DNA of 64,000 nucleotides from the human T2T-CHM13v2.0 reference genome, Homo sapiens. How positions within the stretch are numbered: the first letter of the stretch is position 1; the number at the start of each line of letters is the position of its first letter. Location of the stretch: assembly GCF_009914755.1 (NCBI RefSeq), contig NC_060938.1. One strand, 5' to 3'. The notes under the pieces are model-generated. The model did no database searches and was not told the DNA's origin. It saw only the letters and a program-made list of their open reading frames with translations. This document shows, one piece after another, positions 31,752-45,125 of this stretch. The position numbers were made by a program, and so were the translations under genes.

Positions 31752-34700
31752 AGTCAAAGTCTGGAGAATAGTTACATCTCCTGGATGATCCGTTCAGAAA
31801 TATGTCACAATGCCCCCTCCTGTAGAGCCTAGAGAAGATTTGCATCACCTAGGTTATCAGTGCAGGTATAAGTCACGAAAACTCCTGTAGGCAGACCGTA
31901 GACAAGAGATCCCTCCCCAGGGTGATCAGTGCAGAGATGAGTCACAAAGCCCCTGTAGGCAGAGTCTAGACAAGAGTTTCATCACTTGGTTGATCAGTTC
32001 AGAGATGTGTCACAATGTCCATGTAGGCAAACATAAGACAAGAGTCCATCACCTAGGTGATCAGTGCAGAGATATGTACCAATGTCCCCTGGAGGCCGTG
32101 CCTAGACAAGAGTTGCATCACCTCAGACATCAGTGCAGAGATATATCACAAAGCCTTCTGTAGGCAAAGCCCATACAAAGCTTACATCACCTAGGTGATT
32201 AGTGCAGTGATATGTCACAAAAATCCCTGTAGACAGAGCCTAGACAAGAGTTACATCAACTGGGTGATAAGTGCAGATATTAGATACAATGCCCACATAG
32301 ACAGAGCCTAGACAAGACTTCCATCACCTGGGAGATCAGTACAGAGATATGTCAAAATCCCCCTCTAGGCAGAGTATAGAGAAGAGTCCCATCACCTGGG
32401 TGACCAGTGCCGAGATAGTTCACAATGTCCCCTGTAGGCAGAGAGTGGGCAAGAGTTACATAATCTAGGTGATCTGTGCAGAGCTATGTCAAAACGCCCA
32501 TGTAGGCAGAGCCTACATAAATGTTACATCACCTGGGTGATCAGTGCAGAGATACGTCACAATACCCCCTGTAGGTGGAGCCTAGACAAGGGTTACATCA
32601 CCTGGGTGATCAATGCAGAGATATGTCACGATACCCCCTGTAGGTGGAGCCTAAACAAGAGTTACAACACCTGTGTGATCAGTGTAGGAATATGTCACAA
32701 AGCCCCTGTAGGCCGATCCTAGACGAGAGTTACATCTCCAGGGTGATCAGTGCAAAGACATGTCACAAAGCCCCCTGTAGACAAATCCCAGAAAATTGTT
32801 ACATCACCTGGGTGATCAGTGGAGATATCTGTCACAATTCCCCTTTAGGCGCAGCTTAGAAAAGCGTTACATCACATGAGTGATCAGTGCAGAGATATGT
32901 CACTATGCCCCCATAGGCAGATCCAAGACAAGAGTCCATCACCTGGGTGATCAGTGCAAAGGTATGTCACAAAGCCCCCTGTAGGCCAAACCTTGACAAT
33001 AGTTACATCACTTGGGTGATCAGTGGCGAGATCTCTCACAATTCCCCAGTAGGCAGAGCTTATACAACAGTTACATCACCTGGGTGATCAGTGCAGAGAT
33101 ATGTCACAATGCCGCCATAGGCAGATCCAAGACAAGAGTCTGTCACCTGGGTGATCAGTGCAGAAATATGTCTCAATGCCCCCTTAGGCAGAGCCTAGAC
33201 AAAAGCCCCATCACCTGGATGATCAGTGCAGAGTTATGTCACAAAGTCTCTTTAGGCAGACCCTAGACAAGTGTTGCATCACTTGGATGATCAGAGCAGA
33301 GATATGTCACAATGCCCCTGTAGGCAGAGCCTAGACAAGAGTCCCATCACCTGGGTGATCAGTGCAGAGTTATGTCACAATGCCCCCTTTTGGCAGAGCC
33401 TAGACAAAGTTTATATCACCTGGGTGATGTGTGCAGAGATATCTCACAAGTCCCCTGTAGCCAGAGCCTAGACAAGATTTACATCAGGTGTGTGAGCAGC
33501 GCAGTGACTTGTCACAATGCCCTGTAGACATATCCTTGACAAAAGTGACATCACCTGGGTGATCAGTGTGGAGATATGTCACAATGTCTCCAGTAGGCAG
33601 AGCCTAGACAAGAGTTACATCACCTGGGTGATCAGGGCAGAGACAAGTCACAATGCCCCCAATAAGCAGATCCCAGACAAGAGTTGCATCACCTCGGTGA
33701 TCAGTGCAGAGATATGTCTCAATGCCCCCTGTCGGCGAAGCCTATAAAACAGTTACATCATCTCGGTGATCAGTGCAGTGATATGTCAAAATGCCACTGT
33801 AGGCAGAGCCTAGACAAGAGTTACATCACCTGGGTGATCAGTGCAGAGATATGTCACAAGCCCCCTGTTGGCAGAGCCTAGACAAATGTTATATCACCTG
33901 GGTGATCAGTGCAGTGATATGTCACAATGCGGTGTAGCCAGAGCCTAGACTAAAGTTACAGCACTATGATAGATCAGTGCAGAGATATGTCACAATGTTC
34001 CCAGTAGGCAGAGAACAGGCAAGATTTGGATCACCTCGGGATCAGTGCAGAGATATGTCTCAAACCCCCTGTGGGCACAGCCTAGACAAGAGTTACATCA
34101 CCTCGGTTAACAGTGCAAGGATATGTCAAAATGCCCTTGTAGGCAGAGCCTACACAATTGTTACATCACTTAGGTGATTGGTGCAGAGATATATATCACA
34201 ATACCCCTTGTAAGCAGAGCCTAGACAAGAGTTACATCACCTGGGTGATGAGTGCCGAGATACGTGACAAGGCCCCTTTAAGCAGAGCCCAGACAATAGT
34301 TACAACACCTGAGTGATCATTGCAGAGATCTTTCACAATGCCCCTTTTGGCAGAGCTTAGACCAGAGTTACATCACCTGGGTGATCAGTGCAGAGCTATG
34401 TCACAACGCCCCCATAGGCAAATCCAAGACAAAAGTCCGTCACCTGGGTGAGCAGTGCAGAAATATGTGACTATGCCCCCAGTAGGCAGAGCCTAGAGAA
34501 GAGTCCCATCACCTGAGTAATCAGTGCAGAGATATTTCACAATGCCCCCTGCAGGCAGAGCGCAAGCAAGAGTTACATCACGTAGATCATCAGTGCAGAG
34601 ATATGTCACAAGACCCCCTATAGGCAGAGCCTGGACAAGAGTTACATCACGTCAGTGATCAATGCAGTAATATGTCACTATGCCCCGTAGGCAGAACCTA

Positions 34701-35015
34701 GTCAAGCGTTACATCACCTGGTTGATCAGTGCAGAGATATATCACAAAGCTCCCATATACGGAGCCTAGACAAGAGTCCAATCACCTGGGTGATCAGTGC
34801 AGAAATGTGTCACAATGGCCCCATAGGCAGATCCAACACAAGGGTTACATCACCTGGGTGATCAGTGTAGAGATATGTCACAATGCGCCCATAGGCAGTG
34901 CCTAGACAAAAGTCCCATCACCTGGGTGATCAGTACAGAGATATGTCACAAAGCCCCTGTAGGCAGAGCCTAGACAAGGGTTACATCACTTTGTTGATCA
35001 GTTCAGAGATGTGTC
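31752..35015 (+). repeat. Beta satellite array (~48 monomers)
   Basis: 68-bp monomers; about nine monomers missing at ~31845 relative to other spacers. Confidence 0.95.
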
Positions 35016-35604
35016 ATGCTGACTGTTTGCTCCCGTTTCTCTGCTGGCACCTGGAAACATGCAGGGAAGGGTGGAAGACCGGCATGGTGCCTTCGCTCTC
35101 TTTGCCAGTTTACAAACAGGCCACACTGCAGACTCCCCATGTTGCAGCACACAGGAATCCATCGTCAGGCCATCACGCCGGGGAGGTATCTTCTCTCTGG
35201 GATCTCACTCTGTTCTCCCACGTGGAAATGAACGAGAGCCACAGGCCTGCGTGTGCGAGACTGACCCGGCAACGGCGACACCCACAGGCACTTCCTCCTT
35301 CACGGAGACAGGGCCTGGAACACTCAAGACTCCCACGGAGGTTCAGTTCCACTCTCCCCTCCTCCCTCCCAGGCCGGTTTCTCCCTGCTGAAGACCCGTG
35401 GGAGCCCAGAGAGTGGCTTCCAGTTCCCGCAGGATTCCTGGAGAGGTCCGGAGAGCCAGCCCCTGAAACGCGCCCCCCTCAGCCCTTCCCCTCGCCCCCT
35501 TCCTCTTCGTCTCTCCTGCCCCACCACTACCATCACCACGGTCTCCCCCACCACCCCATCACCCCCCGGCCGCAGTCCTCGATGCCCTGGGACCCTTCTG
35601 GGGT

Positions 35605-35674
35605 GGGGCGGGCTGTCCCAGGGCTCACCGCCATTCATGAAGGTGTGGAGCCTGCCTGCCTGCTGGCCTTACAA
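35605..35674 (+). promoter_or_regulatory. DUX-type promoter remnant: GC box + TACAA variant
   Basis: GGGGCGGG 35605-35612; TACAA 35670-35674. Confidence 0.55.
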
Positions 35675-35741
35675 AGAGCCGCTGGCTGGCTGTACTGGCA
35701 GGCCTCCTGGCTGCACCTGCTTCAGTGCATAGGCTGGCTGA

Positions 35742-37079
<1,338 letters not shown>

Positions 37080-37787
37080 GAAGCGGGGTTGGGAAGGTGT
37101 CGGGTCGGGGCAGGGCCGTGGACACTCCTTCACGGGGAACACCTGGCTGGCTATGGAGGAGTGTGTCTTTCCCCCGCCCCCTCCACCAGGCTGACTGGCC
37201 TGGGATTTCTGCCTTCTAGGTCTAGGCCCGGTGAGAGACTCCACACAGCAGGGAACTGCCATTCTTTCCTGGGCATCCCAGGGATCCCAGAGCCGGCCGA
37301 GGTACCAGCAGTTGGGCTGCCTACTGCGCACGTGCAGGTTTCCGGGAAGCCACCTGGGCTGTGGGAGCAGCCCGGGCAGAGCTCTCATGCCTTTCCACCT
37401 CCCCACCCCTGCCTGACCAGGCCCAAGCCACCCCCACCGCCCAGGCCAGGAAAATGTATCCTCCCCTGGGCTGGGTGGAGACCCCCATCCGGTGAAAAAA
37501 CGGGCCCGCGCAGCGTCCAGGCCTGACAACCCTCCAGCGGCTCGCCACCTCTGCACCGCCCCGCCACCATCGCCCGCCCGCCGGTGCCCCTGCAGACCCC
37601 CTAGCTGCCACCATGGAGCGCCTGGCGGCAGAACGCAGACCTCTAGCTCTCTTTTCCGTACTCCTGGCTAGACCTGCGCTCATTGCGCACCCTGGCTGAT
37701 GTGCAAGGGAGCCCGGTGGACTCTCTGTGCCCTTGTCCGTCAGTGAAATTCGGGATGAGGCTCTCCCAACACCTTCCAACGCACTTT

Positions 37788-40700
37788 AGTCAAAGCCTGG
37801 AGAATTGTTACATCTCCTGGATGATCAGTTCAGAGTTATGTCACAATGACCCCTCCCTGCAGAGCCTAGAGAAGATTTGCATCATTTGGGTGATCAGTAC
37901 AGAGATACATCACAAAGTCTGCTGTACAAAAAGCCTGGAAATGATTTACATCACCTCGGTGATCAGTGCATAGGTATATCAGAAATCCCCAGTAGGCTGA
38001 ACCTAGACAAGGGTCAGAATACTTAGGTGATCAGTGTAGAGATACATGAAAATTCCCGTGTAGACAGAACCTAGAAAAGTGTTACATCACCTAGTGATCA
38101 GTGCAGGGATAAGTCGTAAAACCTCCTATAGGCAGAGTGTAGACAAGTGTTTCCTCCCTGGGGTGATCAGTACAGAGATATGTCACAAAGCCCCTGTAAG
38201 CAGAACCTTGAAAAGGGTTCCATCGGCTGTTGATCAGTGGAAATGTATATCACAAAGCCCCCTGTAGGCAAAGCCCATACAATTGTTCCATCAACTGGAT
38301 CAGCAGTGGAGAGATAGGTCAAAATGACCCTGTAGGCAGAGCTTAGACAAGGGTTACATCACCTGGGTGATCAGTGTAGAGATATGTCAAAATGCTCCTG
38401 TAGTCTGAACATAGACAGGAGTTACATCACCTGGGTTATCAGTGCAGAGATATGTGAGAATTCCCGTGTAGGCAGAGCCTAGACAAGTGTTACATCAGCT
38501 AGGTTATCAGTGCAGGTATAAGTCATAAAGCCTCCTGCAGGCAGAGCGTAGACAAAAGTTCCCTCCCCAGGATGACCAGTGCAGAGATGTGTCACAAAGC
38601 CCATGTAGACAGAGCCTAGACAAGAGTTTCATCACTTGGTTGATCAGTTCAGAGATGTGTCACAATGTCCATGTAGGCAGATCTAAGACAAGGGTCCACC
38701 ACCTGGGTGAAAAGTGCAGAGAAATGTACCAATGTCCCGTGTAGGCAGCGCCTAGACAAGAGTTGCATCACCTCAGAGATCGGTTCAAAGATATGTCACA
38801 TAGCCTTTTGTAGTCAAAGCCCATACAAGGCTTACCTCACCTAGGTGATCAGTGCAGTGATATGTCACAAAAATCCCTGTAGACAGAGCCTAGACAAGAG
38901 TTACATCACCTGGGTGATCAGTGCAGATATTTGACACAATGCCTCCATAGACAGAGCCTAGACAAGACTTCAATAACCTGGGTGATCAGTGCAGAGATAT
39001 GTCACAAATCTCTCTCTAGGCAGAGGATAGAGAAGAGTACCATCACCTGAGTGATCAGTACAGAGATATCTCACAATGCCCCCTGTAGGCACAGAGTGGA
39101 CAAGGTACATAACCTAGGTGATCTGTGCAGAGCTATGTCAAAACGCCCCTGTAGGCAGAGCATAGATAAATGTTACATCACCTGGGTGATCAGTGCAGAG
39201 ATACGTCACAATACCCCCTGTAGGTGGACCCTAGACAAGAGTTACATCACCTGGGTGATCAGTAGGGAGATACGTCACAATACCCCCTGTAGGTGGAGCC
39301 TAGAGAAGAGTTACATCACCTGGGTGATCACTACAGAAATATGTAACGAAGCCCCTGTAGGCAGAGCCTAAACAAGAGTTACGTCTCCTGGGTGATCAGT
39401 ACAGAAATATGTCCCAAATCCCCTGTAGGCTGAGCCTAGACAAGAGATACATCTCCTGGATGATCAGGACCCGTGTAGACATATACCAGAAAATTGTTAC
39501 ATCATCTGGGTGATCACTGGAGATATCTGTCACAATTCCCCTTTAGGAGCAGCTTAGACAAGCGTGACATCACATGAGTGATCACTGCAGAGATATGTCA
39601 CTATGCCCCCATAGGCAGATCCAAGACAAGAGTCCATCACCTCGGTGATGAGTGCAGAAATATGCCACAATGCTGCCAGTAGGCAGATATGGACAAGGGT
39701 TACATCACCTGGGTGATCAGTGCAGAGATGTGTCACAACACCCATGTAGCCGGAGCCTAGACAAGAGTTACATCAGCTGTGTGATCAGTGCAGAGAGATG
39801 TCACAATGTCCCTGTAGCCCTATTCTTCACAAAAGTGACATCCCCTGGGTGATCAGTGCAGAGATATGTCACAATGTCTCCAGTAGGCAGAGGCAAGACA
39901 AGAGTTAAATCACCTGGGTGATCAGGGCAGGGATATCTCACAATGCCCCCTGTAAGCAGATTCCAGAAAAGAGTTGCATCACCTCGGTGAACTGTGCAGA
40001 GATATGTCTCAATGCCCACTGTGGGCGAAGCCTATAAAAGAGTTACATCATCTCGGTGATCAGTGCAGTGATATGTTAAAATGCGCCTCTAGGCAGAGCC
40101 TAGACAAGTGTTACATCACCTGGGTGATCAGTGCAGAGATATCTCACAATACCCCCTGTAAGGAGAGCCTAGACAAGAGTTACATCACCTGGTTGATCAG
40201 TGCAGAGATATGTCATAAATCAAACCATAGGCAAAGCCTAGACAAGTTTTATATCACCTCAGCGATCAGTGCAGAGATATGTCCCAATGTACCTCTATTC
40301 AGAGCTTAGTCAATAGTCACATCTCCTCGGTGATCAGTGCAGAGATAAGTCACAATGCCACCATTGGCAGAGCCTAGACAAGAGTTACATAAAACGGGTG
40401 ATCCGTGCAGATATAAGTCACAATGCCCCCATAGGCAGAGCCTAGACAAGCGTTACATAACCTGGGTGATTCCTGCAGAGTGATGTCACAACGCACTCTG
40501 TAGGCAGAGACTAGAAAAGAGTTACATCACCTGGGTGATCAGGGCAGAGATATGTCACAATGTCCCCTGTAGGCAGAGCATAGAGAAGAGTTGCATCACC
40601 TGGATGATCAGTGCAGAGAAATGTCACAATGTCCCCTGTAGACAAAGCCTTGGCAAGAGTTACATCACCTAAGTCATCAGTTCAGGGATATGTGAAAACG

Positions 40701-43700
40701 CCCCTGTAGGCAGAGCCTAGACAACAGTTACATCACCTAGTTGATCAGTGCAGAGATATTTCAAAATACCCCTTGTAGGCAGATCCTAGTCAAGAGTTGA
40801 ATCACCTGGGTGATCAGTGCAGAGATATTTCACAATGCCCCATTTGGGCAGAGGGTAGATAAGAGTTACATCACCTAGGTGATCAGTGCAGAGATTTGTC
40901 AAAATTCCCTGTAGGCAGTGCTTATAAAGGTGTTACATCACCTAAGTGATCAGTGCAGAGATATGTCATAATGCTCCTGTAGGCAGAAGGTAGATGAGCT
41001 ACATCACCTGGGTGATCAGTGCAAAGGTATGTCACAAAGCCACCTGTAGGCAAAGCCTAGACAATTGTTACATCACTTGGGTGATCAGTGGTGAGATCTC
41101 TCACAATTCCCCTGTAGGCAGAGCTTATACAACAGTTACATCACCTGGGTGAGCAGTGCAAAGATATGTCACGATGCCCCCATAGGCAGATCCAAGACAA
41201 GAGTCCGTCACCTGGGTGATCAGTGCAGAAATATGTCACAATGCCCCCTTAGGCAGAGCCTAGACAAAAGCCCCATCATCTGGATGATCAGTGTAGAGTT
41301 ATGTCACAAAGTCCCTTTAGGCAGATCCTAGACAAGAGTTACATCACTTGGATGATCAGTGCAGAGATATATCACAATGCCACTGTAGGCAGAACCCAGA
41401 CAAGTGTTACATTTCCTAGGTGATCAGTGTAGAGATACATCGCAATGTCCCTGTAGGCAGAGCCTTGACAAGTGGTACATCATCTGGGTGATCATTGCAG
41501 GGATATGTCACAAAGCACCCTGTAGGCAGATCCTAGAACAGAGGTACATCACCTGGTTGATCAGTGGAGAGATATGTCACAATGCCACAGTAGGCAGAGC
41601 CTAGACAACTGTAACATGACCTAGGTGATCAGTGCAGAGATACATCGCAATGCCCCTGTAGGCAGAGCCTTGACAAGTGGTATATCACCTGGGTGATCAT
41701 TGCAGGGATATGTCACAAAGCACCCTGTAGGCAGATCCTAGAGAAGAGTTATATCACCTGGGTGATCAGTGGAGAGATATGTCACAAGCCCCCAGTAGGC
41801 AGAGCTTAGACAAGAGTTATATCACCTGCGTGATCAGTGCAGTGATATGTCACAATGACGTGTAGCCAGAGCCTAGACTAAAGTTACAGCACCTGGGAGA
41901 TCAGTGCAGAGATATGTCACAATGTCCCCAGTAGGCAGAGACCAGGCAAGAGTTGGATCACCTCGGGATCAGTGCAGAGATATGTCTCAATTCCCCTGTG
42001 GGCACAGCCTAGATAAGAGTTACATCACCTCAGTTAACAGTGCAGGGATATGTCAAAATGCCCCTGTAGGCAGAGCCTGCACAATTTTTACATCACTTAG
42101 GTGATCAGTGCAGAGATATGTCACAATAACCCCTGTAAGCAGAGGCTAGACAAGAGTTACATCACCTGGGTGAGGAGTGCCAAGATATGTGACAAGGTCC
42201 CTTTAATCAGAGCCTAGACAATAGTCACGTCACCTGAGTGATCAGTGCAGAGATCTATCACAGTGCCCATTTAGGCAGAGTTCAGACCAGAGTTACATCT
42301 CCTGGGTGATCAGTGCAGAGATATGTCACAATGCCCCCATAGGCAAATCCAAGACAACAGTCCATCACCTGGGTGATCAGTGCAGAAATATGTGACAATG
42401 CCCCCAGTAGGCAGAGCCTAGAGAGGAGTCCCATCACCTGGGTAATCAGTGCAGAGATATTTCACAATGCCCCTGCAGGCAGAGCGTAAGCAAATGTTAC
42501 ATCACGTAGATCATCAGTTCAGAGATATGTCACAAGGCCCCCTATAGGCAGAGCCTGGACAAGAGTTACATCAACTCGGTGATCAATGCGGTGATATGTA
42601 ACTATGCCCTGTTTGCAGAACCTAGTCAAGCGTTACATCACATGGGTGATCAGTGCAGAGATATGTCACAAAGCCCCCATACACAGAGCCTAGATAAGAG
42701 TTCCGTCACCTTGGTGATCAGTGCAGAAATATGTCGCAATGCCCCCATAGGCAGATCCAACAGAAGATTTACATCACCTGGGTGGTCAGTGTACAGATAT
42801 GTCACAATTACCCCATAGGCTGAGCCTAGACAAAAGTCCCATCACCTGGGTGATCAGTGCAGAGATATATCACAAAGCCCCTGTAGGCAGAGCCTAAACA
42901 ACTTACATCACCTTGGTGATCAGTGTAGAAATATGTCACAAAGCTTCTGTAGGCCGAGCCTAAAAAAGTTTTACATCTCCTGGGTGATCAGTGCAAAGTT
43001 ATGTCACAAAGCCCCCTGTAGACAAACACCAGAATATTGTTACATCACCTCGGTGATCAGTGGAGACATGTGTCACAATTCCACTTTAGGCGCAGCTTAG
43101 ACAAGCGTTACATCACATGAGTGATCAGTGCAGAGATATGTCACTATGCCCCCATAGGCAGATCCAAGACAAGAGTCCATCACCTGGGTGATCAGTACAG
43201 AAATATGCCACAATGACGCCAGTAGGCAGATATAGACAAGAGTTACATCACCTCCGTGAACACTGCAGAGATATGTCACAATGCCCCTGTAGGCAGAGCC
43301 GAGACAAGTGTCCCATCACCTGGGTGATCAGTACAGAGTTATGTCACAATGTCCCCTTTTGGCAGAGCCTAGAGAAGGGTTACATCACCTGGGTGATCAG
43401 TGCAGAGATGTGTCACAAGCCCCCTGAAGCCAGAGCCTACACAAGTGGTACATCAGCTGTGTGATCAGTGCAGTCACATGTCACAATGTCCCTGTAGCCA
43501 TATCCTTGACAAAAGTGACATCACCTGGGTGATCAGTGTGGAAATATGTCACAATGTCTCCAGTAGGCAGAGCCTAGACAAGAGTTACACCACCTGGGTG
43601 ATCAGGGCAGAGATATGTCAGAATGTCCCCTGTAAGCATATCTCAGACAAGAGATGCATCACCTCGGTGATCAGTGCACATATATGTCTCAATGCCGCCT

Positions 43701-44220
43701 GTCGTCGAAGCCTATGCAAGAGTTACATCATCTCGGTGATCAGTGCAGTGATATGTGAAAATGCCCCTGTAGGCAGAGCCTAGACAAGAGTTACATCACC
43801 TGGCTGATCAGTGCAGAGATATCTCACAATACCCCCTGTAAGCAGAGCCTAGACAAGAGTTACATCACCTGGGTGATCGGTGCAGTGATATGTCATAAAT
43901 CCCACTGTAGGCAAAGCCTAGACAAGTTTTACATCACCTCAGCGATCAGTGCAGTGATATGTCCCAATGTCCCTCTAGGCAGAGCTTAGACAAGAGTCTC
44001 ATCTCCTGGGTGATCAATGCAGAGGTAAGTCACAATGCCACCATAGGCAGAGCCTAGACAAGAGTTACATAACCCGGGTGATCTTCAGTGCAGAGATAAT
44101 TCACTATGCCCCTATAGGCAGATCCAAGACAAGAGTCCATCACCTGGGTGATCAGTGCAGAAATATGCCACAATGCCGCCAGTAGGTAGATATAGACAAG
44201 AGTTACATCACCTGCGTGAT
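37788..44220 (+). repeat. Beta satellite array (~94 monomers, apparently two fused spacers)
   Basis: 68-bp monomers; monomer order resets at ~42890. Confidence 0.95.
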
Positions 44221-44257
44221 CACTGGAGGTTGCACTGCAGGATCACTGCAGGATGCA

Positions 44258-44419
44258 CTGCTGCTGGATGAGCTACTGGAGAGCCCGGAGTTTCTGCAGC
44301 AGGTGCAACATTTCCTAGAACCGGAGGCCCTGGGGGAGCTGGAGGCCTTGGAAGAGGCCGCCTCGGTGGAAGCACTCCTCAGCGTGGAGGAATACCGGGC
44401 TATGCTGGAGGAGCTTTAG
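44258..44419 (+). pseudogene. DUX4L: DUX4-like fragment: C-terminal activation-domain codons only
   Basis: [53 protein letters not shown]; no in-frame ATG (TAG at 44183). Confidence 0.88.
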
Positions 44420-45125
44420 GACGCGTGGTTGGGAGGAGGTCGAGTCGGGGCAGGGCGGTGGCCTCTCTTTCGCGGGGAACACCTGGCTCTCTATGGAGGG
44501 GAGTGTCTTCCCCCCGCCAGCACCACCGGGCTGACCGGCCTGGGATTCCTGCCTTGTAGTTCTAGGCCCAGTGAGAGACTCCACACAGCGGAGAACTGTC
44601 ATTCTTTCCTGGGCATTCAGGGGATCCCAGAGCCGGCCCAGGTACCAGCAGGTGGGCTACCTACTGCGCACGTTCGGGTTTGGGGACAGCCGCCTGGGCT
44701 GTGGGAGCAGCCCAGGCAAAGCTCTCATGCCTTTCCTCCACCCCACCCCCGCCTGAGCACACCTTCCCCACCCTCACTCCCCACCCCCGGAAAATGCGTT
44801 CTTCCCTGGGCTGGGTGGAGACCCCCGTCCCGTGAAACACCGGGGCGCCCAGCGTCCAGGCCTGACACCCCTCTGGCGGCTCGCCTCCTCTGTGCCTCCA
44901 CGCCACCGTCGCCGGCCCGCCCGTGCCCCTGCAGCCTCCCAGCTGACACCATGGAGCGCCTGGCGGGGGAACGCAGACCTCTAGCTCTGTTTGCTGGACG
45001 CCTGTCTAGAGGTGCACTAATTGCAATCCCCGGCTGACCTGCAATGGAGCCCTCTGGCCTCTCTGTACCCTTGTCCGTTGGTGAAATTCTGGCTGAGGCT
45101 CTCCCAACACCTTCTGACGCTCTTT
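44258..45125 (+). repeat. 5'-truncated D4Z4-like unit U7
   Basis: Begins at CTGCTGCTGGATGAG, continues through the 3'UTR-like region and pLAM-like tail. Confidence 0.9.
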
